In this document: positions 9,812 to 19,599 of the stretch, piece by piece
Numbering within the stretch: the first letter of the stretch is position 1
How the letters are laid out: each line of letters opens with the position of its first letter
Source of the DNA: Euzebyaceae bacterium
Lineage (GTDB): Bacteria > Actinomycetota > Nitriliruptoria > Euzebyales > Egibacteraceae
Direction: 5' to 3'
DNA length: 64,000 bases
NCBI GenBank assembly: GCA_963829805.1
Contig: CAWHJR010000002.1
Coordinates: forward strand, 4,397,418 to 4,461,417
Notes under the pieces: model-generated
Seen by the model: only the letters and a program-made list of their open reading frames with translations
Told to the model about the DNA's origin: nothing
Databases searched by the model: none
Made by a program: the position numbers and the translations under genes

Positions 9812-10525
9812 TCAACGCTCGTGGCGGCGCAGGAAGTCCACGAGTGCCGGCGTCACCACCCTGCCTCGGTTGATCTGGCAGTCGTGCCCCCCGGCGGGGA
9901 CCACAAACTCCTCCGACTGCGGCCAGACGCGGCGCAGATCCGCGTACTGCCCGGGTTCCACGACGGTGTCGCGGTCGCCGCGCACGAGCAGCACGGGGCA
10001 CGTCAGGCCCGCGAGCGCGTCCAGCGGCACGTCGACCGCCACGCCGCCCGAGTCGCGCCAGGCGACGTCGCGCCAGGCGTCCGGGCCGCCCAGCGCCGTG
10101 TGGATGCGCGACAGGGAACGCACCCACAGCGGGTACTCGGCGGCCAGCACGTCGGGCTCGAACTTCGCGCGCCACGCGGTCAGGCCCGGGTGGTCGCGGT
10201 AGCTCACCCCGATGAGCACGAGCGCGCCGAACAGCTCGGGTCGTCGCGCGGCCAGAGCCATCGCGGTGTGCCCGCCCATCGAGAACCCCATGACGGTGAC
10301 GGGGTCGGCGAACTGCTCGAGGTAGCGCTCGACCGCGGCGACCAGCACCGCGCGCGAGAGCTCCCCCTCCAGCGGCGTCCCGCCGTGGCCCGGGAGGTCG
10401 GGCAGGTGCACGCGGTGGTCCTCCGCGAACGCCTTGACCTGCTGCGACCAGTGGTACCGCCCCGTGCCGATCCCGCCGTGCAGCAGCACGAGGTCGCGCC
10501 CCTCGCCCACCACCTCCGCATGCAT
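9812..10525 (-). CDS. alpha/beta hydrolase
   Basis: LVLLHGGIG...LPGHGGT...GFSMGGH nucleophile elbow; 237 aa. Confidence 0.8.
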   Translation of the reverse strand: MHAEVVGEGRDLVLLHGGIGTGRYHWSQQVKAFAEDHRVHLPDLPGHGGTPLEGELSRAVLVAAVERYLEQFADPVTVMGFSMGGHTAMALAARRPELFGALVLIGVSYRDHPGLTAWRAKFEPDVLAAEYPLWVRSLSRIHTALGGPDAWRDVAWRDSGGVAVDVPLDALAGLTCPVLLVRGDRDTVVEPGQYADLRRVWPQSEEFVVPAGGHDCQINRGRVVTPALVDFLRRHER

Positions 10526-10553
10526 CGGCCGAGGCTATGTCACGCTGGCGCGC

Positions 10554-11711
10554 GTGCTGCCAGCGACCGCCGACGCCGTCGTGGTCGGCGCCGGCATCGC
10601 CGGGGCCGCCTGTGCGTGCTTCCTGCGCCGCGCCGGGCTGGCACCGCTGGTGCTGGAGGCGCTGCCGGTCGCGGCGGGCCTCACGACCGGCGCGGCGACC
10701 GGCGCGTTCCGCCTGCAGCGCGACAGCGCTGAGGACTTGACGCTGGCGCGCGAGTCGCTGGCCTGGCTGGAGCGCTTCGAGGACCTGACCGGCCAGGCCG
10801 AGCACCAGCCGCGCCTGCAGCCCCAGGGCTACCTGTGGGTCACCACCGAGCCCGCGCGCGCCGCCGAGCAGCAGGAGCTCGTGGGGGCGCAGCGCTGCTG
10901 GGGCGTCGACGGCGTGGAGCTGCTCGAGGGCCAGGCCGCGCAGGCGCGCTTCCCCTTCCTCGCGCCCGAGGTCCTGCAGGCGCGCTACCGCGCCGGCGAC
11001 GGCTTCCTCGACCCGCGCGAGGTCGTGCTCGGCCTGCTCGCCGGCACCCGGGTCGTCACCGACTGCCGGGTCACCGGGATCGAGGTCGACGGCGCCGGCG
11101 CCGCGGGCGTGCGCACGCCGAACGGGTCGGTCGCCACGCGCACGGTGGTCGTCGCCACGGGACCGTTCGCGGGTGCCGTCGCCGCGCTGGCCGGCGTGAG
11201 CCTGCCGCTGCAGCACGTCGCGCGGCACAAGGTGGTCGTGCCGGTCGCCCCCGAGATCCCGGCGGGCGCGCCGATGGTGATCGACGACGACACAGGCACC
11301 CACTGGCGACCGGCGCTGGCGGGAGCGGTCGCGCTCCACCTCGACGAGCAGGCACCGCCCGGCGACCCGGCGGAGGACGTCCCCGGGGACCGCCGCCTCG
11401 CCTGGCGGATCCTCGACCCGGCCAGCCCGATCGCGGCGGCCCGCACCGTTCCGCTGTGGCGGGAGGTCTGGACGCGCCGGCGGCCGTGGATGCAGCAGTC
11501 CGGGCAGTACACAACCGCGCCCGACGGGCGGCCGCTGCTGGGCGCGACCGCGGTACCCGGGCTGTGGGTCAGCGCGGGCTGGGGCGGGCACGGCGTCATG
11601 GACGGCCCGGCGGGCGGGCGCATCCTGGCCGACCTGGTCACCGGAGCGCTGGACGCCTCGCCGTACCCGGTTGACCGCCGGTTCGGGGCGCGCCTCGTGG
11701 GCCGGATCTGA
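10554..11711 (+). CDS. FAD-dependent oxidoreductase (DAO family)
   Basis: Tail of track ORF 10434..11711. GTG 10554 gives VLPATADAVVVGAGIAGAACA (dinucleotide-binding fold). Ends ...GWGGHGVMDGPAGG. Confidence 0.78.
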   Translation: MLPATADAVVVGAGIAGAACACFLRRAGLAPLVLEALPVAAGLTTGAATGAFRLQRDSAEDLTLARESLAWLERFEDLTGQAEHQPRLQPQGYLWVTTEPARAAEQQELVGAQRCWGVDGVELLEGQAAQARFPFLAPEVLQARYRAGDGFLDPREVVLGLLAGTRVVTDCRVTGIEVDGAGAAGVRTPNGSVATRTVVVATGPFAGAVAALAGVSLPLQHVARHKVVVPVAPEIPAGAPMVIDDDTGTHWRPALAGAVALHLDEQAPPGDPAEDVPGDRRLAWRILDPASPIAAARTVPLWREVWTRRRPWMQQSGQYTTAPDGRPLLGATAVPGLWVSAGWGGHGVMDGPAGGRILADLVTGALDASPYPVDRRFGARLVGRI

Positions 11712-11716
11712 GCGCG

Positions 11717-13141
11717 ATGGCACACCGCCTCGTCGCAGGAGTGGACTGCTCCACACAGGCCACCAAGGTCCTGCTCGTCGACGCCGCCACCGGCGCGGTC
11801 GTCGCCACGGGCCGAGCGCCCCACGAGGTGCACGGCTCCGACGGCGCCCGCGAGACGCACCCGCGGGTCTGGGAGCACGCGCTCAGGGACGCGCTCGCCT
11901 CGACGGGGCGGGCCGGGGATGTCGCAGCGATCGCGATCGGCGGGCAGCAGCACGGCCTGGTCGTACGCGACCGCGCGGGCGAACCCCTGCGCCCCGCCCT
12001 GCTCTGGAACGACGTGCGCAGCGCGCCGGACGCCGCCGCACTGGTCGAGGCCCTCGGCGCGGACGCCTGGGCCGAGCGCACGGGCAGCGTCCCGGTCGCG
12101 TCCTACACCGTGAGCAAGTGGGCCTGGCTGCGGCGTACCGAACCCGCGACGGCGGCGGCCACCGCCAGCGTGCGCCTGCCCCATGACCACCTCACCGAAC
12201 TGCTCTGCGGCGAGGCCGTCACCGACCGCGGCGACACCTCCGGCACATGCTGGTGGTCACCGGCGACCGGCGCCTACGACGACGCGATCCTGGGCCTGCA
12301 GGCCGTGCGGCTGGACCCGGCACTGCTGCCCAGGGTGCTCGGGCCGCGCGAGGCCGCAGGTCCCGTCACGTCCCTGGCCGAGAAGGCGTTCGGCCTCCCG
12401 AAGGGCGCGGTGGTCGCGCCCGGCACCGGGGACAACATGGCGGCCGCGCTGGGCCTGGGCCTGGGCCCCGGCACCCCCGTGCTGAGCCTGGGCACCTCCG
12501 GGGTGGTCTCCGCGGTGTCCCAGCGCCGCATCGCCGACCCCACCGGGATCGTGGCCGGGTTCGCCGACGCCACCGGGCGCTTCCTCCCGCTGGCCTGCAC
12601 GCTCAACTGCACGCTGGCTGTCGACCGCATCGCCGCCTGGCTGCACCTGGGCCGCGACGCCGTCACCCCCTCGACCGAGGTCGTCGTGCTGCCCTACCTG
12701 GACGGCGAGCGCACCCCGAACCTCCCCGACGCCACCGGCACGATCGTCGGCCTGCGCCACGACACCGAGCCGGGCGCGATCCTGCGCGCCGCCTACGAGG
12801 GCGCCGTCGCCTCGCTGCTGCAGGCGCTGGACCTGGTGGCCCAGCACTCCGGTGGCCTGCCCGACGACGCGCCACTCGTGCTCATCGGCGGCGGCGCAAA
12901 GGGCGCGGCGTGGCGCGACGTCGCCGGCGCGCTCTCCGGCCGCGCGCTGCAGGTCCCCGACGCCGAGGAGCTGGTCGCGATCGGCGCTGCCGTCCAGGCT
13001 GCCGCGGTCCTCGACGGCGAGGACCCGGTCGCGGTGGCCCGGCGCTGGAACACCCGCGCCGGCACCACCCTCGACCCCCGCCCGCGCGACGACGCCGCGC
13101 TGGCGCGCATCGCGAGGCTGCAGGAGATGCTGCCCCGCTAG
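11717..13141 (+). CDS. xylB: xylulokinase (FGGY family)
   Basis: MAHRLVAGVDCSTQATKVLLVD...IAIGGQQHGLVVRD...PALLWNDVRS...LPHDHLTELL matches actinobacterial XylB as I recall it. Confidence 0.85.
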   Translation: MAHRLVAGVDCSTQATKVLLVDAATGAVVATGRAPHEVHGSDGARETHPRVWEHALRDALASTGRAGDVAAIAIGGQQHGLVVRDRAGEPLRPALLWNDVRSAPDAAALVEALGADAWAERTGSVPVASYTVSKWAWLRRTEPATAAATASVRLPHDHLTELLCGEAVTDRGDTSGTCWWSPATGAYDDAILGLQAVRLDPALLPRVLGPREAAGPVTSLAEKAFGLPKGAVVAPGTGDNMAAALGLGLGPGTPVLSLGTSGVVSAVSQRRIADPTGIVAGFADATGRFLPLACTLNCTLAVDRIAAWLHLGRDAVTPSTEVVVLPYLDGERTPNLPDATGTIVGLRHDTEPGAILRAAYEGAVASLLQALDLVAQHSGGLPDDAPLVLIGGGAKGAAWRDVAGALSGRALQVPDAEELVAIGAAVQAAAVLDGEDPVAVARRWNTRAGTTLDPRPRDDAALARIARLQEMLPR

Positions 13142-13159
13142 AGCTCAGGCCGAGCGCCG

Positions 13160-13915
13160 TCAGTGCGTGGCCGTGTCGTGATGCTCGATCTCGACCGCGT
13201 GGCCGACGCCCAGGTAGCGCCTCTGCAGCTCGGGGTCCGCGAGGAGGGCGGACGCGGTGGTCTCGGCCTGGATGCGGCCGGTGACCATCACGAGCTGGCG
13301 CTCGCCGATCATCGTGGCCGCCCGCAGGTTCTGCTCGACCACGAGCACGGCGACCCCCTCGTCGACCAGGCGGTGGATCGCGTCGACCAGGGTGTCGACG
13401 ATCGTGGGGGCGAGGCCCTCCGACGGCTCGTCCATGAGCACCAGGGAACCGTTGAGCAGGAGCGCGCGCCCGACCGCCAGCATCTGCTGCTCGCCGCCGG
13501 ACAGCTGCGCGCCGCCGTTGCCGCGCCGGTCGGCGAGGCGCGGGAAGAGCTCGTAGACGGCGTCGGGCGTCCAGCGCTTGCCGCGCGTGCCCTTGGCCAG
13601 CATCCGCAGGTGCTCATCGACCGTCAGCGACGGGAAGAGCCGGCGGCCCTGCGGGACGTAGGAGATGCCCGCGCGCGCGATCGCCTCGGGCTGCTTCTTC
13701 GCCAGGTCGACGCCGTGGAACGAGATGGCGCCGCTGGTGGGGCGCACCAGGCCCATCAGCGTCGCGCACAGGGTGGTCTTGCCCATGCCGTTGCGGCCGA
13801 TGATGCAGACGGCCTCGACGCCCATCGAGAACGACACACCGTCGAGCACCTGCGACGCGCCGTACCCGGCGGTCAGGCCGGTGACCTCGAGGATCGGCTT
13901 GGCGTCCTCGGCCAT
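13160..13915 (-). CDS. ABC transporter ATP-binding protein, LivF-like
   Basis: From ATG 13915: MAEDAKPILEVTGLTAGYG...GRNGMGKTT (Walker A)...LSGGEQQML (signature)...LVLMDEPSEGL (Walker B). One-nt overlap with the upstream stop (TGATG). Confidence 0.9.
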   Translation of the reverse strand: MAEDAKPILEVTGLTAGYGASQVLDGVSFSMGVEAVCIIGRNGMGKTTLCATLMGLVRPTSGAISFHGVDLAKKQPEAIARAGISYVPQGRRLFPSLTVDEHLRMLAKGTRGKRWTPDAVYELFPRLADRRGNGGAQLSGGEQQMLAVGRALLLNGSLVLMDEPSEGLAPTIVDTLVDAIHRLVDEGVAVLVVEQNLRAATMIGERQLVMVTGRIQAETTASALLADPELQRRYLGVGHAVEIEHHDTATH

Positions 13916-14691
13916 CAGGCTGCCTCGCTGCCCAGGTAGATCTCGTGGACCTTCTCGTCGGCGCGGATCTCCTCTGGCGTGCCTGCCGCGACCGGGCGAC
14001 CGTCGGCCATCACGAAGACGCGCTCCCCCACCCGGAACGCGACGTCCATGTCGTGCTCGATCATCAGCAGGGTCTTGTCCGCGCCCAGCTCGTGCAGCAG
14101 CTCGATGAGACGCTCGCGCTCGCCGCGCGACAGGCCGGAGGCCGGCTCGTCCAGCAGCAGGATGTCGGGTTCGGTCACCACCGCCATCCCCAGCTCGAGC
14201 TGGCGCTTCTGCCCGTGGGAGAGGTCCGCGACGAGCGTGCCGAAGTGCTCGTGCAGCCAGACGGAGCGGGCGGCCTCGGCCGCGAGCTCGCGCCACGCGC
14301 GGTCGGTGGCGCCCAGCCGCAGGCGGCGGCCGCGCTTGCCCGCGACCGCCAGGTAGAGGTTGTCCTCCACGGTCAGCCCGGCGAACGAGCGCGCCTTCTG
14401 ATACGTGCGCGCCACGCCCATCCCGGGCCGCGTGCGTGACGGCTGACGGGTGACGTCCACGCCCTTGATCGTGACGCTGCCGACCGTGGGTTCCAGGTCG
14501 CCCGCGATCACGTTGAACAGCGTGGTCTTCCCGGCCCCGTTGGGGCCCAGGACGACCAGGCGGTCGCCTTGGGCGACATCGAGGTCGATGCCGCCCAAGG
14601 CGACCAGGCCGCCGAACCGCACGACGATGCCGCGCGCCTGCAGCACGAGGTCGCGCTGCGGCGGGGGCGTGACGGCGGGTTCGGCGGTCAT
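13915..14691 (-). CDS. ABC transporter ATP-binding protein, LivG-like
   Basis: From ATG 14691: MTAEPAV...GPNGAGKTTLFN...LSHGQKRQLE...LLLLDEPASGL. The rest of track ORF 13915..15321 is off-frame. Confidence 0.9.
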   Translation of the reverse strand: MTAEPAVTPPPQRDLVLQARGIVVRFGGLVALGGIDLDVAQGDRLVVLGPNGAGKTTLFNVIAGDLEPTVGSVTIKGVDVTRQPSRTRPGMGVARTYQKARSFAGLTVEDNLYLAVAGKRGRRLRLGATDRAWRELAAEAARSVWLHEHFGTLVADLSHGQKRQLELGMAVVTEPDILLLDEPASGLSRGERERLIELLHELGADKTLLMIEHDMDVAFRVGERVFVMADGRPVAAGTPEEIRADEKVHEIYLGSEAA

Positions 14692-14710
14692 GGTGTCGTC
14701 CTCGTCCCGG

Positions 14711-16320
14711 CTAGGTCTGCGGGACGCCGTCGACGACGGGGATCGCGTTGCCGTGCCACGGCAGCTCGGCCGTCGTGCACTCCGGGAAGTCGTGGCCCGG
14801 CGGCGGGGTGTCCTCGGTGAACACGCCACCGAACGACTGGTCCACCTCGGGGATGATGTAACGGGTCGTCTGCACGATCTCGCCGCTCTCGTCGTCCAGC
14901 ACGAGCTGCGCGACGAACGTGTCGACGATGCCGGAGCGGTTCTCGTCCAGCGTGATCTCGCCGTAGGGCAGGTCGAGCGTGAGCCCGGCCAGCGCCGGCT
15001 GCAGGACCTCCGGGCTGGCGTCGCCTCCGGTCTCCTCCAGGGCCTGCACGAGTGCGGTGGCCGCGGAGTAGTACCCGTAGAAGAACCCGAAGCCGGCGGC
15101 CACGGACGGCGGGCCGGCCTCGCCGCTGGCCAGGCCGCTGGGGAGGGTCTCCCACGCGGCGTCGGCGGACTCCAGGTACTCGGTGATCTCCGGGGTGACG
15201 ACGTCACCCGGCAGCGTCGCGAAGCCGCCGACGTAGGCGCCGTCGATGCCGGTTCCCAGGGCCTGCGCCAGGCCCGGGTTGAAGAAGAGGTTTCCGGCGT
15301 GCTGGGCGCCGGTGAGGTCACCCTTGGCGTTCACGAACGCCTCGAGCGCGGCCTGCGTGCCGGTGCCGCCGACGACCCAGAAGTAGCCGTCCACCTCGTC
15401 GGGGTCGGGCAGCTGGTCGATGAACGACGAGTAGTCGGTGGTGCCCAGCGGCGGGAAGACGCGGGAGACCACGTCACCGCCTGCGCCGCAGAAGTCGGCG
15501 ACGAAGCCGGCTGCCGAGGTCAGGCCGAAGCTGTAGTCGTCCGCGATCACCGCGGCGGTGTCCCAGCCGGCCTCGTTGTGGAGGATGTCGCCGATCCCGG
15601 CGTTCCAGACCGCGCCCTCGCCGTGGAAGCGGAAGTAGTTCGGGGCCTGGACCTCGAGGGTGGACTCCTGCGAGCCGGCGATGCCGGACAGGACCGTGAG
15701 CTGCGGGTTGTCGCGGGCGTACTCGGCGACCGCGATGGCCTCGTCGCCCGAGAGCGGGCCGATGATGATCTCGGCGCCGTCCTGCTCGACCAGCGTGCGG
15801 ATCTCGGTCAGGATCGTGTCGGCGGTGTCGTCACCGCAGCCGATGCCGACCAGCTCGATGGCCGTGCCGGCCACCTCTGCTCCCTCGAAGCCGTCCAGCG
15901 CACTGGTGGTCGAGACCGATGTCGCGCCTGCGTGGTTGATGAACCCGAGCGTTGCGCCGCCGACGGTGTCCTCGTGGAAGCCGCCGAAGGCGCCCTCGCA
16001 CTCGCCGAGGATCCCGAGCTGGATGACGCCGTCGTCGCCGCCGCCGGCCGCCGCGTCGGAGGCCGGGGCCTCGGTCGGGCATCGGTGGCGGCATCGGTGG
16101 CGGCATCGGTGGCGGCATCGGTGGCGGCATCGGTGGCGGCCTCGGTGGCTGCATCTGTCGCGGCATCGGTGGCAGCCTCGGTGGCGGCCTCGGTGGCGCC
16201 GGCCGCCTCGGTCTCGGTCGCGTCCTCGGTGTCGCCGCCGCCGCACGCGGCGGCGATCAGGCCCAGGACGGCGACCAGGCAGAGCCGCAGCCAGGTGGAT
16301 CGCGTGTGGATGGTCCTCAC
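14711..16320 (-). pseudogene. ABC transporter substrate-binding lipoprotein (Liv/Peripla_BP_6 type), apparent 1-nt frameshift at 16074-16078
   Basis: GTG 16320 (GTGA overlap with the permease stop) opens VRTIHTRSTWLRLCLVAVLGLIAAAC (signal peptide plus lipobox), followed by (ATDA/ATEA)n. The mature domain (GVIQLGILGECEG...) is in the frame of track ORF 14711..16246. The join needs one extra C in a CCC run. Confidence 0.8.
16079..16198 (-). repeat. 12-bp tandem repeat, 10 units (first 5 identical: gcatcggtggcg), encoding the (A-T-D/E-A)n linker of the lipoprotein
   Basis: Read directly: units at 16079, 16091, 16103, 16115 and 16127 are identical. Five further units carry 1-3 substitutions each. 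Confidence 0.9.
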
Positions 16321-17378
16321 TGAGTTGTTCCCTTCGTTTCCGTTGCGGGCGAAGGCTCGCCCGCGTCGATCCTGCGTTCTGACAGCGGGGTGGCGGCCCG
16401 TGACCGGCGCAGCCTGTTGCCGATCCCGGCCAGCCCGTCGGGGGACAAGACCATGATCAGCAGCACGAGCACCCCGATGAGGGTGTTGAAGCGGTCCGCG
16501 GTGAGGCCGATGCGGTCGATGAGCGGCAGGTCGCGGATGTAGAACTCCGCGACGACGTAGACCAGCGCTCCCACCCACGCGCCGGCGAACGACGAGATGC
16601 CGCCGATCACCGCGATGATGAGGAAGACGATCGCCGGCCCGATGCCGATCGTGTTCGGGGTGATCTGGCCGTTGGACCAGACGAACAGCAGACCGGCGAC
16701 CGCGGCCACGAACGCCCCTAGCGTGAAGGCCACCATGCGGTGCACCGCCACGTTGAAGCCGAGGGAGGCCATGCGCACCGGGTCGTCGCGCACGCCCTGG
16801 AGCGCCAGGCCGAAGTTCGTGCCCCGGATCGCGACGAAGGCGGCGTAGACCACCGCCGAGACCGCGAGCGCCCCGTAGTAGACCCGCAGCGGGGTCGCGA
16901 AGAGCGCGGGCGGGGTGATGCTGGTGATCCCGCTCTGGCCGGACAGGTCGATGATGTTGAAGAAGACCTGGAAGCCGATCACCGCGTAGACCAGGGTCAG
17001 CATCAGGAAGTAGATGCCGGTGGCGCGGCTGGCGACGGCGCCCAGCACCAGGCCCAGCAGGGTCGCGATGGCCAGCGCGAAGAGGACCGAGACCCACGGG
17101 CTCCAGCCGAGGTTCAGCCCGCGCGCCCCGGTCGAGCTGACCGCGTTGCCGTACATGAACCCCGCGACCCCGTAGAACAGGATCTGCCCCAGGGAGGTCA
17201 TCCCGCCGTACCGCGCGAGCATCACGATCGTGGCCGCGACGATGCCGAAGATCAGCGCTCGCGACAGCACCCGCAGGATGAAGAAGTCCAGTGCGTCCGG
17301 CCCGAACGGGAGCAGCGCGAGGACCACGACGACGACCGCCGGGATCCCGACCCGCAGGGCGCGCGCGCTGCCGGTCAC
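16317..17378 (-). CDS. branched-chain-type ABC transporter permease, LivM-like
   Basis: GTG 17378 (GTGA overlap with the upstream stop). Hydrophobic multi-TM protein ...MTSLGQILFYGVAGFMYG.... Confidence 0.85.
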   Translation of the reverse strand: MTGSARALRVGIPAVVVVVLALLPFGPDALDFFILRVLSRALIFGIVAATIVMLARYGGMTSLGQILFYGVAGFMYGNAVSSTGARGLNLGWSPWVSVLFALAIATLLGLVLGAVASRATGIYFLMLTLVYAVIGFQVFFNIIDLSGQSGITSITPPALFATPLRVYYGALAVSAVVYAAFVAIRGTNFGLALQGVRDDPVRMASLGFNVAVHRMVAFTLGAFVAAVAGLLFVWSNGQITPNTIGIGPAIVFLIIAVIGGISSFAGAWVGALVYVVAEFYIRDLPLIDRIGLTADRFNTLIGVLVLLIMVLSPDGLAGIGNRLRRSRAATPLSERRIDAGEPSPATETKGTTQ

Positions 17379-18367
17379 GCCGGCTTCCCGTACAGGCCGT
17401 AGGGCCGCACCGCCAGCACGATCGCCAGCAACACGAACGTGACGATGATCGCGTAGGAGGACAGGTGGGTGGGCAGGTAGGCGGGGGCCAGCGACTGCGC
17501 CAGTCCGAAGAGCAGCGCACCGGCGACCGCGCCCTTCACCGAGCCCATTCCGCCGACGATCACCACGATGAGCGAGTAGAGGAGCCACTCGCCGTCCTTA
17601 CCCGTGGCCGCACCGGCGAACGAGGCGCCCATCACGCCACCGACGCCGGCGAGGAACGCGCCGACGAAGAACGTGATCGCAAAGATCAGCGCGATGTTGA
17701 TCCCCAGGGCGCGCACCATCGTCTGGTCGTCGACGCCCGCGCGCACGACCATGCCCATGCGGGTCTTGGCGAGCCACAGCCACAGCAGCAGACCGACCAG
17801 CAGCGCCACCCCGAGCATGAACAGGCGGCTGACCGCGAAGCGCTCGCCCGCGATCTCGATGAACTGCGTCACCACGCCCGGCCAGGCCATGTCCTGCGCC
17901 AGGCCGCCGAAGCGGGCCAGCATCTGGTCGGCCATGATCACCGACACCGCGACGGTGATCAGGGCCTGGCGTAGCTCCTGCCCCTGGTTCCAGCGCAGCA
18001 GCACCTGGTGCATGACCAGGCCGATCACCCCGACCAGCAGCGAGCTGGCCAGGAGCGGCACGACCCAGTCGACCATGCCGACGTCGGCCGGCTCGATGTT
18101 GCGCTCCTTGCCCACCAGCTCCTGCTGCAGCTGCACGGCCGTGAACGCCGCCAGCAGGAAGAAGGAGCCGTGCGCCATGTTCACCGTGCGCATCAGGCCG
18201 AAGATGAGCGTGAACCCCGACGCCACCACGAAGAGCAGGCCCGAGAGGGTGAGGGCCTGCAGCAGCGTGACCAGGAAGCGGCCGGGCTCGCTGATCGCCG
18301 GGCCGGCGGGCGTCCCCCTCGCGAACACGAGGATCCACGACGCGACGGCCGCCACCACCAGCCACAT
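17375..18367 (-). CDS. branched-chain-type ABC transporter permease, LivH-like
   Basis: ATG 18367 gives MWLVVAAVASW...LIFGLMRTVNMAHGSFFLL..., a LivH-type permease. GTG 18373 is an alternative start. Confidence 0.85.
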   Translation of the reverse strand: MWLVVAAVASWILVFARGTPAGPAISEPGRFLVTLLQALTLSGLLFVVASGFTLIFGLMRTVNMAHGSFFLLAAFTAVQLQQELVGKERNIEPADVGMVDWVVPLLASSLLVGVIGLVMHQVLLRWNQGQELRQALITVAVSVIMADQMLARFGGLAQDMAWPGVVTQFIEIAGERFAVSRLFMLGVALLVGLLLWLWLAKTRMGMVVRAGVDDQTMVRALGINIALIFAITFFVGAFLAGVGGVMGASFAGAATGKDGEWLLYSLIVVIVGGMGSVKGAVAGALLFGLAQSLAPAYLPTHLSSYAIIVTFVLLAIVLAVRPYGLYGKPA

Positions 18368-18429
18368 GACCACGCGCAGGATCAGCCGCCCGGCCGGGAG
18401 CCGCGGGGCAGCGGGGACCGCGCCAGTGG

Positions 18430-19599
18430 TCAGGGCGTCTCCCACGTGCGGCTGGCGGAAGACCGCGCGACGGCGTCGAGCACGCGTTGCACCTGCAGCC
18501 CCTCGGCGAAGCTGGGGCTGGGGTCCGTGCCCTGGGCGATCGCGTCGACGAGGTCGCGGACCTCGTGGGTGAAGCTGTGCTCCCAGCCGATCAGGTGGCC
18601 GGGCGGCCACCACGCCGCCAGGTAGGGGTGCTCGGCCTCGGTGACGAGGATGCGCCGGAAGCCCTGGGTGCCGGCGGGGCCTTCGGCGAGGAAGAGCTCC
18701 AGCTCGTTGAGCCGCTCGAGGTCGAACACCAGGCTGCCCTTGGCGCCGTTGACCTCGATGCGCAGCCCGTTCTTGCGGCCGGTCGCGAACCGTGTGGCCT
18801 CGAACGTGCCGATCGCGCCGCCGGCGAAGCGCGCGAGCAGCAGCGCGGCGTCGTCGACGGTGACCTCACCGGTGCGGCCCTCGGCAGCGACGGCGGTGAG
18901 CCCTCCGCTGACGTCCTCCATCACCGGGCGCTGCTTGACGAAGGTCTCCAGCAGGCCGCTGACCTCCGTGAGCGTCTCCCCCAGAAGGAACTGGGCCAGG
19001 TCGATGATGTGGCCGCCGATGTCGCCCAGCGCCCCGGAGCCGGCCTCCTCCGCCTGCAGGCGCCACACCAGCGGAAAGTCGGGGTCCACGATCCAGTCCT
19101 GCAGGTAGACCGCGCGGACGTGGCGGATCTGGCCGAGGACGCCCTCGGCGATCAGCTGCCGGGCGTAGGCCGCGGCCGGCACGCGCCGGTAGTTGAAGGC
19201 CACCATGGAGCGCACGCCGGCCGCCGCGGCCTTGGCGGCGGCGTCCGCCATGGCCTCGGCCTCCGCGACGGTGTTCGCGAGCGGCTTCTCGACCAGCACG
19301 TGCTTGCCGGCCTCCAGCGCGGCGATCGCGATCTCGGCGTGGCTGGACCCGGGGGTGCAGATGTCGATGAGGTGGACGTCGTCGCGCTCCAGCAGCGCGC
19401 GCCAGTCGGTCTCGATCCCGGCCCAGCCCAGCTGGTCGGCGGCCTGCTGCGTGCGCTCCGCGTTGCGCCCGCAGATCACGTGCATGCGCGGCTGCAGCGG
19501 GAGGTCGAAGAAGCGCCCCACGGTCGCCCACGCCTGGGAGTGGGCGCGGCCCATGAAGCTGTAGCCGACCAGCCCGACGTTGAGGGCGGGGCCTGCCAT
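18430..19599 (-). CDS. Gfo/Idh/MocA family oxidoreductase
   Basis: ATG 19599 gives [24 protein letters not shown] (N-terminal Rossmann fold)...EKPLANT motif. One-nt overlap with the upstream stop (TGATG). Confidence 0.85.
   Translation of the reverse strand: MAGPALNVGLVGYSFMGRAHSQAWATVGRFFDLPLQPRMHVICGRNAERTQQAADQLGWAGIETDWRALLERDDVHLIDICTPGSSHAEIAIAALEAGKHVLVEKPLANTVAEAEAMADAAAKAAAAGVRSMVAFNYRRVPAAAYARQLIAEGVLGQIRHVRAVYLQDWIVDPDFPLVWRLQAEEAGSGALGDIGGHIIDLAQFLLGETLTEVSGLLETFVKQRPVMEDVSGGLTAVAAEGRTGEVTVDDAALLLARFAGGAIGTFEATRFATGRKNGLRIEVNGAKGSLVFDLERLNELELFLAEGPAGTQGFRRILVTEAEHPYLAAWWPPGHLIGWEHSFTHEVRDLVDAIAQGTDPSPSFAEGLQVQRVLDAVARSSASRTWETP

Noticed and set aside
16079-16198. Regular short repeats considered as a possible CRISPR-like or minisatellite non-coding array
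   Set aside because: The unit is 12 bp with no spacers. It lies inside a coding region and translates to an in-frame ATDA/ATEA linker. No cas genes are present.
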